From: a virus
IMG/VR virus record: IMGVR_UViG_3300008255_000002
Direction: 5' to 3' (one strand)
DNA length: 64,000 bases
Positions 28,871 to 39,533 of the stretch are shown here, piece after piece (position 1 is the stretch's first letter; each line of letters begins with the position of its first letter). The notes under the pieces are model-generated. The model ran no database searches, was not told the origin of the DNA, and was given only the letters and a program-made list of their open reading frames with translations. The position numbers and the translations under genes were made by a program.

Positions 28871-31654
28871 TCAAATTCGTTTAGCTCCATTAATAATTAA
28901 TGATTTTTTATACTTTTCATCTTTGCTTGTGCTACGCGCACATTCAACTAAAACGCAAGCTCCTTCATAGACAGTTTTATCTTTTGTTAATTCTTTTAGC
29001 GTATCGGGAAAAATAACCGCGTTTACTTCTCCGGTTTTATCTTTCAATGTAACAAATGCCATATTCTGTCCGGCACTTGCTCCACCTTTACAAGTATGGT
29101 ATCTTAGCGAAGCAATTTCGACCAAAAAGTTTAGAGAATGATTGTCTAGTCGATCTTCTAGGAAGTCTTCTATTGTCGATGCTGTATTATTTTTATATTT
29201 ATCTAGGTTATTATAGGTTAAGCTAATTCCAAGTAATTCAGTTTCTTTTTCAATAATTTCGTGTTCAAAATCACTTAAATCCATTGGTGGTTTTTTTAGA
29301 ACATTAATAACGTCGTTGATAATAGAGACTCTGTTTTTATTGTGACACGCACCCCCTTCTTTTTTAGTTTTCGCGGCACTTGTTAATAAATCAATTATGT
29401 TATCGTGATTATGATAATTTTCCCTAACCCAAAGCTTTTCTTTTTCGTTGACTATAGAGAATTGAGCAACTTCAAAAGCCATTTTTTTTCTATCAGAACT
29501 AATTTTCCTTAACGCACCGCACTCAATTAATATTTTTAAAACTGATGGAGATAAATCATTTAAAACTAAAAATTCGTACCAGCTACAACCGTTTAATTTT
29601 AATTTTGATAATTGTTCTTTGGTGTGAATTGTGGTCGTTTCACCTATACCTGATATATCTGATAAACCAAATATAATTGTGTTTTTATCTAAAATTTTAA
29701 ATTGAATATCACTATTTATAATACATGGAGGAATCACATTAATATCAAACTGTTTCGCATCAACAACTAATTCAACTATAGATTCCTTTTCACCGTTACA
29801 ACCTTTGAGCCATGCGACGAACCAAGGCAAGACATGATTAGCTTTTAAATATGCTGTTGTGTAAGTTCTTATCCCATAACCATATGCGTGCGATGCATTA
29901 AAAATATAGCGCGCAGATGCTTTAATATTATTTGCAATGTTTTCAGCTTCCTCTTTAGTAACAATGCCTTTTTCTGTAGCTTTTTCAACAAATAATTTTA
30001 GAATATTTGTCATTTCTTCTGCGTTTTTCTTTCCGGCGGAATTATGTATAACCATTCCGTTTGCGATAATATATGGTGAATCTTCATCAGCAATTGTAAA
30101 ATCATATACGGGAATAGTTTTTACTTCTTGTCGTTCTGTTTCCAATATTTCATATGTGTGCTTTCCATTAGAAAGATTGATCCAATATGGATCGTTGGTG
30201 TTTATAGCTAATCTTTTAAATTTAGTTATTGATAAATCTTGAGAATAAACAGATCCTCCATCATTATTACAAATACATTGTGGGTATTGATCTATCATTT
30301 TTATAACAATATGATGTGGCACTGTATCTGTTGTAAATTGGGAAATTCTATTAATATTATTGATTAGGTCTTGTTTTTTATAATCTGCCCAAAACTCATG
30401 TAGATTTTCATTAATTAATTTCTTTTGATCTTCTACGTCATTAATGTATAATCTATAATATGTATCATTATATCCATCAACCTTCCTTTCTCTAATATAA
30501 CTTCTAATACCAAATCTTAACAAAAGTAGTTTTACCTGATTTATTAATTTGTTTGATTTGGATGAAAATTCTAATTGTCCGCCATCTTTATTTACTCCAG
30601 CCTCATGACCTAATAAATGAGATAAAAACACTCGTGTAGTTTCTTTTGTCATTCCCATCATAATATCTGGTAGTTTCTTTCTGTCTGAGCGACCAAAATC
30701 CATATATTTTAAAAGAAAATCTATATGTTGTTTGTGTAATCTTGCAACTCTACCACACGAATTCATTGGAGGATAATGACCAAAAACATTTTTAAATGAT
30801 TCTTTGTAAGAATTCATTACATTTTCATCAAAGTTTGTAAAATGACCATATCCGCCTTCTTTATTCTTATTATTAAATAATCCTTCGGCAACTATTCCGA
30901 CAATCACAATAGCTAAATCTTTACTTATTAAATCATCTCCATCATATTCGATTTCTCTTGTACAAACCATTACATCTTTTTGTGGTTTTAATCTAGATCT
31001 AGCTTTCCACCCCTGACTTGTTAGAAGTTGATGAAATTTTGTTGCTTTAACATTGAATCCGCTGTTTGTTTTAACAACCCCTGTATTACAAATTTTTGTT
31101 TGCCAAATTCTTTCTATTTTCTTCCATTGCTGCTTCCCATTCTCATCCATTACTAAAAAAAGATCATTTTTATATCCTTCTTTTAATAATCTATCTATAG
31201 TAATCCATCCCCGCGTTTTAGAAACAAACATTGTATCGCCAGATACACACTTCCTTAATTTATCAACCTCTAATAAACTAAAATCTGCCAATTCTCTAGC
31301 AATAGCCATCATCGCTTCTTGATAAATCATCAATTGTTCTGTATCACTTAACATTTTATCTAATGATGGATGCCACGAAATAGCTTCTTCTTCTTTGTTT
31401 TTTCTAAGTATATAGTGGTCTGTAATAGATATATTTTTTTCGTCGCGGGCATTGAGACAGCCGGGGCGAAGTAGGCTTAATAAGGCGGCTATATGATGTA
31501 TATTTTCAGGTTTTAACCTAGCACACATCTTACCCGCCCACTTCTTTTCTAATTGAAATACTCCGGCTGTTCTACCAGTCCAAAATATTTCTTCATATGT
31601 TTTTCTATCATCTAGTGGAATTGTTTCGTAGATGTTATTTGTTGTAAATTTCAT
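28871..31654 (-). CDS. dnaE: DNA polymerase III alpha, C-terminal half (1 intein)
   Basis: GVFQLE, LLRPG, IYQE..M, FNASHA..Y, AYLKA, FGL..I.GIG, E.ELLG, MAFVTL.D OB fold. Confidence 0.92.
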   Translation of the reverse strand: MKFTTNNIYETIPLDDRKTYEEIFWTGRTAGVFQLEKKWAGKMCARLKPENIHHIAALLSLLRPGCLNARDEKNISITDHYILRKNKEEEAISWHPSLDKMLSDTEQLMIYQEAMMAIARELADFSLLEVDKLRKCVSGDTMFVSKTRGWITIDRLLKEGYKNDLFLVMDENGKQQWKKIERIWQTKICNTGVVKTNSGFNVKATKFHQLLTSQGWKARSRLKPQKDVMVCTREIEYDGDDLISKDLAIVIVGIVAEGLFNNKNKEGGYGHFTNFDENVMNSYKESFKNVFGHYPPMNSCGRVARLHKQHIDFLLKYMDFGRSDRKKLPDIMMGMTKETTRVFLSHLLGHEAGVNKDGGQLEFSSKSNKLINQVKLLLLRFGIRSYIRERKVDGYNDTYYRLYINDVEDQKKLINENLHEFWADYKKQDLINNINRISQFTTDTVPHHIVIKMIDQYPQCICNNDGGSVYSQDLSITKFKRLAINTNDPYWINLSNGKHTYEILETERQEVKTIPVYDFTIADEDSPYIIANGMVIHNSAGKKNAEEMTNILKLFVEKATEKGIVTKEEAENIANNIKASARYIFNASHAYGYGIRTYTTAYLKANHVLPWFVAWLKGCNGEKESIVELVVDAKQFDINVIPPCIINSDIQFKILDKNTIIFGLSDISGIGETTTIHTKEQLSKLKLNGCSWYEFLVLNDLSPSVLKILIECGALRKISSDRKKMAFEVAQFSIVNEKEKLWVRENYHNHDNIIDLLTSAAKTKKEGGACHNKNRVSIINDVINVLKKPPMDLSDFEHEIIEKETELLGISLTYNNLDKYKNNTASTIEDFLEDRLDNHSLNFLVEIASLRYHTCKGGASAGQNMAFVTLKDKTGEVNAVIFPDTLKELTKDKTVYEGACVLVECARSTSKDEKYKKSLIINGAKRI
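30041..31249 (-). mobile_element. Intein (403 aa) in DnaE C-half
   Basis: LRK|CVSGDT...VYDF...ANGMVIHN|SAGKK; degenerate LAGLIDADG. Confidence 0.9.
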
Positions 31655-31661
31655 AATTCGG

Positions 31662-31910
31662 CTATTCCTCTATCTCTGGTTTTTCAATCGGTCCATAAAA
31701 CCAACCAAATTCTTCGGCTACATATTCAGAATCTACCCCACATTGATAAATTTCTATATTGTCTGTTGCGAACTCAAATACATATTGTATGATAATTATT
31801 TGATAGGCTTTTCCTAAATCATCAAACCAATATTCCGCCCAATAAAAACCTTCATCTTTTGGAAGTGTATCTTTTGTCCAGCCGCGATGCGGTTTTTTAT
31901 ATAATTTCAT
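31662..31910 (-). CDS. Hypothetical protein
   Basis: 82-aa ORF, W...P..EG.YW, W.GPI.KP. Confidence 0.55.
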   Translation of the reverse strand: MKLYKKPHRGWTKDTLPKDEGFYWAEYWFDDLGKAYQIIIIQYVFEFATDNIEIYQCGVDSEYVAEEFGWFYGPIEKPEIEE

Positions 31911-32533
31911 TTTGGACCCAAGCTCCCACTACGTATAGCGGGTTTCCAATAATTAGCAGTACTTCTAATATATTGCTCGTTTCGTTTCACAAAACTGACA
32001 AGTTCATCAAGTGTCCCAAATGTTAAATTACTATGATATTCAATCCACGGATGAGGATTTGGCATAACCGTTAATACTAATTTATTCATTTGTTTTGCGT
32101 AAACTAATTCCATAGCACTACCACAACCAATCTTCCAATAGTTACATATAATAATATCGGAATCTTTAATCCATTTGATATCCCTCTCAACCAATGTTTT
32201 CCAGTCGCTTTCATGTCGCGATGGATCGCAATATTCATATGTATCGCCAAGCTCCACAACAACTTTATCGCGCCACCCATGAGTTGCTTCTTTATCATTA
32301 TCAATAATTCTTCCACTAAGATATATCTTTAATTTATTATTTGTGTTAATCATTTTTTTCCTGTTTAAGTAATCTGTAAAGAATCTAGCTTGATTCCACC
32401 CTCTAACATAATCTTTATATTGTTGAGAATCTTTTTCATAACCACAATCATCTACATTTAATTGTGGTGTGTATTTATAGGCTTTATATCCTTCATGAAA
32501 TTTATAAGATGGTTTTCTGTATCCATTATTCAA
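31907..32533 (-). CDS. Nucleoside 2-deoxyribosyltransferase-like protein with N-terminal Rmf-like segment
   Basis: IYLSG.I, WR, DP, RD..WI..SD.I, GSAMEL.YA...K. Confidence 0.72.
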   Translation of the reverse strand: MNNGYRKPSYKFHEGYKAYKYTPQLNVDDCGYEKDSQQYKDYVRGWNQARFFTDYLNRKKMINTNNKLKIYLSGRIIDNDKEATHGWRDKVVVELGDTYEYCDPSRHESDWKTLVERDIKWIKDSDIIICNYWKIGCGSAMELVYAKQMNKLVLTVMPNPHPWIEYHSNLTFGTLDELVSFVKRNEQYIRSTANYWKPAIRSGSLGPK

Positions 32534-32588
32534 ATCAATATGATGGTCTGGTAATTTTTCAAATGGTATTGTATAAGTATGATATTTA

Positions 32589-33275
32589 TTAGAAATTCTG
32601 ATAATCCTCTGGAAAATTAAGTTGAGCCCCTGTTTTATATTCTATAGTAGCACGATCATATGCTTTTGCAGCATCTATCTCATTTACAAATCTTCCAATA
32701 TTTTTTGCAGAATTATTTGTTAGCCAAATTCTACAAATCCATTTTTTATTTTTTCTACTCTTGTCTAAAAACACACCATAATAATTAGATGTGCTATTTT
32801 TTACCTTTCTTCTATTGCGTTGTTGTGTTGTACGATTAGTCCATCTCATATTTCCATAAGTATAACCTTCATTATTTTTTATTCTATCTAACGTCATTCC
32901 ATCAGGCGGATCACCCATATATTTATAAAATTTGTTTATATCATTAAAATCTGGATGATATGTTATTCCCCGACCACCATAATCGTTCCATTGTGGATGA
33001 TTAGGATCAGAACATCTTTTTATCATTTTTCTCCATGATTCATATACTTTAGAATTTGCAAAACCATGTTTTTCTCTATGTTCTTTTAACTTTTCTCTTC
33101 CTAAACAACCACAACTTTTTGTAGATCCAAATTTTATACTCGATCCTACTATTGGATGAGTTCTTTTTGTCCCACAACTACATTTACAAATATATCTTTT
33201 TGAACCTCCTTTTGTTTTATCATAAAATTCTATTACTGTCAATCTATTAAATTCTTTCCCTATCATATTATCCAT
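32589..33275 (-). CDS. HNH homing endonuclease with AP2 domain
   Basis: C.C.CG, SCGC, M..RC, YGGRGI, TLDRI.N..GY, AP2 YYGV...AAKAYD. Confidence 0.88.
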   Translation of the reverse strand: MDNMIGKEFNRLTVIEFYDKTKGGSKRYICKCSCGTKRTHPIVGSSIKFGSTKSCGCLGREKLKEHREKHGFANSKVYESWRKMIKRCSDPNHPQWNDYGGRGITYHPDFNDINKFYKYMGDPPDGMTLDRIKNNEGYTYGNMRWTNRTTQQRNRRKVKNSTSNYYGVFLDKSRKNKKWICRIWLTNNSAKNIGRFVNEIDAAKAYDRATIEYKTGAQLNFPEDYQNF

Positions 33276-33939
33276 TTTTCATACTACCTCTGAAATCATA
33301 ACGTTTTGCTAATCTTCTTTTCCATGATTGAAATCTAATAAAAATTTTTGATAAATCATGAATATCTCTAGTTGCTGTATGTTTTTTTCCGTACATATCA
33401 TCGTCTGGCAAACCAAGATAATTTCTAGCATAATCCATACTAAATGACTCAACCTCCCAATCGCCACCCAATCCTTCTACCCATGTATACCACTCAACCA
33501 TCATATCAATAGAAAATCTTTTATTAAATGGATATTTTGTTTTATATTTTTTGCAATAACGTTTCGTAATTAAATCGTCGAATCCGTTATTATTCCAACC
33601 TATATTAATACACCTATCCCATTCAGATTTTCCACCAGCATAACGTAAACAAAAATCTATGAAATTGTTCCATACAATTTTTTCGTTAGGGAAGGTTAAT
33701 ATATCTTCGCGCGAAACACCCGCAATATTAAGCGCTTGATCTTCTATATTGGAATCTTTATAAACATCCTCTATTGTTTCAAGGTGTGCCGGTTTCATAT
33801 ATGATGAGAAAAATCCACCATCAACCTTTTCCAAGGTGTGACCATCCAAAATTAAAATTGCTACCTGTATCGGATAACAATTTTCTGGGTCTGGAGAACT
33901 TGTCTCATAATCGTAAGGAGAAAAACAAATATTTTTCAT
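33268..33939 (-). CDS. DEDD 3'-5' exonuclease (DnaQ/epsilon-like)
   Basis: DYET (ExoI), GWN...FD (ExoII), HTA..D (ExoIII). Confidence 0.82.
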   Translation of the reverse strand: MKNICFSPYDYETSSPDPENCYPIQVAILILDGHTLEKVDGGFFSSYMKPAHLETIEDVYKDSNIEDQALNIAGVSREDILTFPNEKIVWNNFIDFCLRYAGGKSEWDRCINIGWNNNGFDDLITKRYCKKYKTKYPFNKRFSIDMMVEWYTWVEGLGGDWEVESFSMDYARNYLGLPDDDMYGKKHTATRDIHDLSKIFIRFQSWKRRLAKRYDFRGSMKNG

Positions 33940-34496
33940 TTTGTTAATCCTAATTCATAAGCCTTCCTATCTACCGCCGGGATGCTACGGTTAACGAATT
34001 GTGATACTTTCTCTTTCGATTTTTTACATTTTTTAATGTAGTTATTTTTTAAATATTCTATTTGTTCTATTGTCCACCATCTCGAACTTGGAATGAAAAC
34101 ATCCTTATACATAACATTTCTTTTTCTTTCTAGACAAAAGTTATAACCTTTATATATGTTATCTCTAAATAGAATAGTATCTCTATAACCCATATTCCAA
34201 TAATATAAAGTATATGTTTTTTTATTCTTTTTTGTTATAATTTTATTGATAGATCCTATATCCTCACACCTACGTTTTAATTCAATTAAAAAATCATTAC
34301 TCTTACAAGTTATACTAGAATTAATTCTCTTTGAAGTTGAATTTATCCAAGCTGATCCGTCTGCATCAAAATATCCTCTAACATAATTCCAAAAGTATTC
34401 TGATGGTATATCAAAATTTAACAGATGTCTACCTGTTTTATTGGGGAATATTTGATATTTTTCTAGTTCTTTTATTATTTGTTCAGAATAAATCAA
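33936..34496 (-). CDS. N-terminally truncated LAGLIDADG endonuclease
   Basis: VRGYFDADGS; begins at the PNKTG segment that lies mid-protein in paralog 17262. Confidence 0.72.
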   Translation of the reverse strand: MIYSEQIIKELEKYQIFPNKTGRHLLNFDIPSEYFWNYVRGYFDADGSAWINSTSKRINSSITCKSNDFLIELKRRCEDIGSINKIITKKNKKTYTLYYWNMGYRDTILFRDNIYKGYNFCLERKRNVMYKDVFIPSSRWWTIEQIEYLKNNYIKKCKKSKEKVSQFVNRSIPAVDRKAYELGLTK

Positions 34497-34975
34497 TCAA
34501 TTTTAAAAGTTCCTATAGATACATCTTGATTATTTAGACATACAAAAGAATAATTTTTTTTATTAGTAATATATTTTAGATTTTTAGTGTCGTGAATATA
34601 GATAGCTATACCACCACTAACATCTAAATTAAGAAATTTAAAATATTCCCTTACCATATCTGATTCTTGTTCATTAAGAAGTATCTCGTTTTCCTTGTTT
34701 CTTTTGTGTGTTGTTATAATATATTTATACTTTATATCTTCTGTAAAACATAGATATTTTAAATAACCGCTAATTATTAAAATTTTTAAAATTTCAATGT
34801 TTTTATCGTTGTTATTTTTAAATAATGAAACTGTTATATTTTTTTCGCATATATGTTTTATAGGTATATCAGGAAAATTTTTATCGTATAATATAGAGGT
34901 AAAAAAATAATCACTTTTTAACTTATAATTATTTTTATCGGTATGTATTTCATCAAATAATTCTATTAATTTCAT
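34493..34975 (-). CDS. Hypothetical protein
   Basis: 160-aa ORF in operon. Confidence 0.5.
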   Translation of the reverse strand: MKLIELFDEIHTDKNNYKLKSDYFFTSILYDKNFPDIPIKHICEKNITVSLFKNNNDKNIEILKILIISGYLKYLCFTEDIKYKYIITTHKRNKENEILLNEQESDMVREYFKFLNLDVSGGIAIYIHDTKNLKYITNKKNYSFVCLNNQDVSIGTFKID

Positions 34976-35262
34976 TTAATCCAATCCCATACACAATTTG
35001 AGTTTTTAATTTCTTCTATATCTACGTTATCACATGGATATTTTTCTAATGCTTCCAAGAACGATTTTCGTAAAGGGTCTATTTCTTCTTCGATATACTT
35101 TTGATCTCCATCTTTATCTAATGAATATACAGCCGTCCAACTATTTGAATATGATGTACTACTTTTCCACACGACTCCTGTATTAAGCTTCCTAATTATT
35201 ATATAATAATATCCACATCCGCATTCAGGATCAGTACATCCTCTATCATAAGCTGTATACAT
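34972..35262 (-). CDS. Hypothetical protein
   Basis: 96-aa ORF, CTDPECGC. Confidence 0.5.
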   Translation of the reverse strand: MYTAYDRGCTDPECGCGYYYIIIRKLNTGVVWKSSTSYSNSWTAVYSLDKDGDQKYIEEEIDPLRKSFLEALEKYPCDNVDIEEIKNSNCVWDWIK

Positions 35263-35267
35263 TATTT

Positions 35268-38200
35268 CTAACTTCTTTCCATATCATATTTCTCAATTTC
35301 CTCTAAACACATCATCGTCTTGTCTAAATCATTTACTCCGAGAAAATCAAACTTTACCATTCCAACATCTTCTGATGAATGCATATCAAACGCGCAATAT
35401 GGTTGATCTGGATTTTTTGTATCGTAAGCCATAGGAACTAATTCTCCTAATGGTTGATCTGATAATAAAATAGCGCTTGCGTGTTTACTAATTTGTCTCT
35501 TACACCCCTCTAAACGAATTGCCTGTTTAAAGTATGGCGCGAAATCTCCCTCAATTTCACCACTATCTGTCAAGTGTGCCCATTTTGCTAATTTTTTTGC
35601 ATTATTGCGAAGCGACCAAATAATAATAGATGGCGTTTCTCCAATTTCTCGCATTTCTTCTAATTCATCAGTGATTGCAGCTTCATCAGGAATATATGTT
35701 GTAATTTCATTTTGAATAAATTGGTCACAAGCATTATTGATACGTAAACAATCCTTAATTGCAGCGCGACCTTTCATTGTTCCAAATGTACAAATGTGAC
35801 CAAATTTATCTGCTCCATATTTTTCTTTAGTATATTCAAATACCTTTTTACGAAAACGTGTTGGGAAATCTAAATCAATATCCGGTAATGCTACACGTCC
35901 AGGTTGACAACGACCTTCATTAAAAAATCTTTCAAAAATTAATTTATATTTAATTGGATCAAGTGCTGTTGTGATTCCTGTTAGATGTGATATCATACAT
36001 CCTCCAGCACTATTATGTATTAAACATGTTGATGTTAAGTAGTTGTGATTATTTTCCACATGAAGATCATATACTTTATTTGACGTTTTAACTTTATTTA
36101 TTTCTCTGATTCTAATTAGTATACCATTATCTAGTTGAAAATAACGATATTGTTGATTTCCGTCATATCCATACAACCATTCTAATTTTGGGACAGAAAT
36201 AACATAAGATCTTTTGATGTTTTCAAATCCCTTTCTTTTATCTTTTCTGTCATCAAATCTAATACCAGCAGGAATTCTTAATCTATAAAATAAAAATCTT
36301 GTTTGATATGCTAGTTTAGAAGAAATTGTAGTAAAACTAGATCTCCCACTATTAGAACCGTCTGTTTCGGAATACCCTTTTATAAAATCTTTAATATATT
36401 GTTCTTTTGCAAAGATAACAATATCCGGTATATATTTAGATTCTGCACAAAAATTATAATTTGGCAAAATATCTTTAATAAAACATCTTAAATGACACGA
36501 TATAATCTCTAATTGGGTTAGTTTGCTTGTTTTACTATCTCTTCTTCTTACTTCATAACCCATCCCTTCAAAGTAATTAATAATAAAATCTATTTTTTCA
36601 GTGTGTTCGGAATTGAATGCAACACCAACAATATTATCTTTATGCGTATTAAGCCATCCGTTACCAACAAACATTCCTAAAAATCTATAAAATTTATCAT
36701 CACATAATATATATCTATTATTAGATTGAACCCAATTTATTTTTTTTGTCAATCCGTTATATTTATTATGATAAACATTATTTTCATCGTGTGTCAATCT
36801 TTTAGAGTCGGAATATTTCGACAAATCAATTAATTTTATATTGTGTTCTTGCACTATTGGTTTTGGAATAAATACATATCCGCCGACCTCTAATTTATCC
36901 GCTCTTATCCATTTCAAACTTCCTACAGGATCTTTTCTGGATTTTATTGATTTTTTTGTTAGCTCTGATAAATTATCCCAATTAGGGTGTAATTCTGGTA
37001 TTTCCGCAAAAACCTCATGATCTTTAGTTAGTGTTAAATTTGTTGAATCTCCATACCAACACTTGATTTCTAATAACTCTTCATCACAATCATATTCAAA
37101 GACATCTAAAACTTTATTAATAGATCCGTCTATTGTATAGACGCAATCTCCTTTTACAACATCTTTAATTTTTTTTACATTTCCATCATCCATAACAATA
37201 GGATTATTGGGATGATTACAACCTCGCGCGCACCCAAGTAACGCTCCCTGATTTTTAGACCAATTAACAATATCTTGAACAATAAGGAAGTACCCAGCTA
37301 ATCCCCATTTTTCAACAACATCTAATTCCATCTTAATACGTTCGATATAAACAGGATTTTTCTTTTCTTCTGGCGAAAGTTTTATTTTCCATCCATCGCG
37401 ACACATTTGTTTTAAATAATCAATATCAGATTTACCATTTGTATCGGGAAATTTCGGAAGCATTGGTTGCGCTGTTACTTCGTAATCCTCACACATATCC
37501 GCGATTAAATAGGTGTTTTTTAATTCTTCATCAGTATTATATTTCATTTCCTCTAATGAAGGAATATGATATATTGCATCAGTAAAGAATCCGCCCAAAC
37601 TAACATCTTCGTTGTTTTTAACTCTCTCTATAACTGTTTTAAAATCAACTTTAAGATTGTTAGCTACAAGAATTTGTTGGTCTTGTTTATATTCCGGTGA
37701 AGCATAATGAGCATCGGCGGTTGCGACACAAGGTATTCCGGTATCTTTACTTATATCTCTTAATACCTCGGCAATAATTTTTGCTGCGGGCATATGATTT
37801 TGATTGAGATTTTGGATTTCCAAAAAGAAGTTTTCCTTACCAAAAATATCGCGGTGATATTCAGCTAACCTTTTACATTTTTCATAATGATCAGGATCTA
37901 AACATGATCCGGCATCTTCAATTGTTTTTGCGTTATATGCTTCTGAAAATCTATCTCCAAATAATATATCTGCAAGATCACTACCTACGTGCCCCGGAAA
38001 ACTAATAATGTTACCATCTAAAAATTGTGATAACCTCTCTAAATCAATCCTTGGTTTATAATAATAAATATCTTTATGGTTTGTTTTTGTAACAATTTTA
38101 ATTAATTGTTTCCATCCCTTGAAATTTTTAGCAAGAATAACCAAGTGTCGCGTTTTACGATTACTGTTATCTTTAATAGATGCGTCATGTTTAGCTATAT

Positions 38201-39533
38201 CGATCTCACAGTTATGTAAACAGAAATCTGATACATAACTGTTATCTTCTTCTACTTCAAAATTAAACACATCAACAGAATCATTTTTTAATATCTCTAC
38301 ATGTGATATTGGTTTATATGTATAATTTTCATCTGATAGATTTTTATTATATTTTTTATTCAGTGTGTAAGAAACCGAATAACTAGGTATGTCTGTATAA
38401 TTATATTCTGATACGTTTGACCAATCTCCAAAATCTACAACAATTCTCTTAAATTGCCATGCTAAAATTTTAGAAGATACTTTTAAAGTATTTTGAATAC
38501 CTTTTTTGCCATCTCCATCTAATAACCCAACTACAAAACTTCTTCTACAACTTATATCAGATTCAAAAATTTCATTTGGTATTTTTTTATTATAACTTCC
38601 AATACCACACATACCAGATATAATATAGGCTAATGGTAAACAACATGCATAAACTTCTCTTATTGACTTATCTTCTCTTATATGTGTTGTTGCATCAATA
38701 TTAAATTTATCTTTCAGTAATTTAACACAAAAATCAGAAAATTTAATTTCATTTATATTAAAAGAAAGTGTAATTTGACCGCTTAAAGATCCATCTTTAT
38801 TTCTATCAACACTTCCTTCTGCAACATACAATCCAAGAAAATATGAAAAATCCTCATCAATTATAATTTTTTCTTTTATATTGCTCCATATCTTACCAAT
38901 ACTATCATATTTATTCAATTTTGAAGTTTTTTGAACAAACCCATCAATACAAGATAGGTGGTTTGGGAGATACCTATTAACATCAATAATACTAATAGTA
39001 TTAATATTATTTTTTGGAAAACAAACATGTTCTTTCCAATATTTATGTCCTAATGTTTTATTTTTTCTTCCTCCAACTATTTTATCTGCTCTTACCCAAT
39101 TAATATTACCATTTATATCTCTAATTAATACAGGGTGTTCACCTGTCATGATTATGCTTTTCTTAGAATTTCCAGACAGACAAATTTTATAAAGTTTATC
39201 TGTATGATTTCTTTTCATTATACCGCTAACCCTACGATACCTACCTTTATGAGTTAATACATAATCTCCTTCAACAATATCCTGTACATTTTTAATTCCA
39301 TCTTTCGTATATATTGTTTGATTTTTTAATAAACAGCCCAAAATAGGTTTAATTCCAGCTTTCTTTATAGTCTTGTGAAACTGGATACACCCTGATATAT
39401 TCCTATGATTAGTGGTCGCTATAGCAGGCATATTTAGTTTTATACATCTGTCTGCTATTTGTGATGGTTTTGCTGGCGAATCTAATAAACTATAAAAATC
39501 GTGATTATGCAAAAGTATATAGTTTTTATCCAT
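35268..39533 (-). CDS. dnaE: DNA polymerase III alpha, N-terminal half (PHP + palm; 2 inteins)
   Basis: HNHDFYSLLD, KPILG.E, YYKPRID, DAHY, YFLIV.D, RG|SAGG, FERF.N..R..LPDIDLDF, KHAS, KFDFLG then stop. Confidence 0.95.
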   Translation of the reverse strand: MDKNYILLHNHDFYSLLDSPAKPSQIADRCIKLNMPAIATTNHRNISGCIQFHKTIKKAGIKPILGCLLKNQTIYTKDGIKNVQDIVEGDYVLTHKGRYRRVSGIMKRNHTDKLYKICLSGNSKKSIIMTGEHPVLIRDINGNINWVRADKIVGGRKNKTLGHKYWKEHVCFPKNNINTISIIDVNRYLPNHLSCIDGFVQKTSKLNKYDSIGKIWSNIKEKIIIDEDFSYFLGLYVAEGSVDRNKDGSLSGQITLSFNINEIKFSDFCVKLLKDKFNIDATTHIREDKSIREVYACCLPLAYIISGMCGIGSYNKKIPNEIFESDISCRRSFVVGLLDGDGKKGIQNTLKVSSKILAWQFKRIVVDFGDWSNVSEYNYTDIPSYSVSYTLNKKYNKNLSDENYTYKPISHVEILKNDSVDVFNFEVEEDNSYVSDFCLHNCEIDIAKHDASIKDNSNRKTRHLVILAKNFKGWKQLIKIVTKTNHKDIYYYKPRIDLERLSQFLDGNIISFPGHVGSDLADILFGDRFSEAYNAKTIEDAGSCLDPDHYEKCKRLAEYHRDIFGKENFFLEIQNLNQNHMPAAKIIAEVLRDISKDTGIPCVATADAHYASPEYKQDQQILVANNLKVDFKTVIERVKNNEDVSLGGFFTDAIYHIPSLEEMKYNTDEELKNTYLIADMCEDYEVTAQPMLPKFPDTNGKSDIDYLKQMCRDGWKIKLSPEEKKNPVYIERIKMELDVVEKWGLAGYFLIVQDIVNWSKNQGALLGCARGCNHPNNPIVMDDGNVKKIKDVVKGDCVYTIDGSINKVLDVFEYDCDEELLEIKCWYGDSTNLTLTKDHEVFAEIPELHPNWDNLSELTKKSIKSRKDPVGSLKWIRADKLEVGGYVFIPKPIVQEHNIKLIDLSKYSDSKRLTHDENNVYHNKYNGLTKKINWVQSNNRYILCDDKFYRFLGMFVGNGWLNTHKDNIVGVAFNSEHTEKIDFIINYFEGMGYEVRRRDSKTSKLTQLEIISCHLRCFIKDILPNYNFCAESKYIPDIVIFAKEQYIKDFIKGYSETDGSNSGRSSFTTISSKLAYQTRFLFYRLRIPAGIRFDDRKDKRKGFENIKRSYVISVPKLEWLYGYDGNQQYRYFQLDNGILIRIREINKVKTSNKVYDLHVENNHNYLTSTCLIHNSAGGCMISHLTGITTALDPIKYKLIFERFFNEGRCQPGRVALPDIDLDFPTRFRKKVFEYTKEKYGADKFGHICTFGTMKGRAAIKDCLRINNACDQFIQNEITTYIPDEAAITDELEEMREIGETPSIIIWSLRNNAKKLAKWAHLTDSGEIEGDFAPYFKQAIRLEGCKRQISKHASAILLSDQPLGELVPMAYDTKNPDQPYCAFDMHSSEDVGMVKFDFLGVNDLDKTMMCLEEIEKYDMERS
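36012..37220 (-). mobile_element. Intein (403 aa) in the RG-SA motif of DnaE
   Basis: ARG|CNHPN...TKDH...GYSETDG...VYDL.V..NHNY...IHN|SAGG. Confidence 0.92.
38211..39335 (-). mobile_element. Intein (375 aa) with LAGLIDADG endonuclease in PHP domain
   Basis: KPILG|CLLKN...TGEHP...LGLYVAEG...GLLDGDG...CLHN|CEID. Confidence 0.92.

Noticed and set aside
31654-35268. Split intein or group I intron joining the dnaE halves
   Set aside because: No intein fragments at either break end; the gap holds seven ordinary ORFs and the C-half has its own GAGG RBS and ATG
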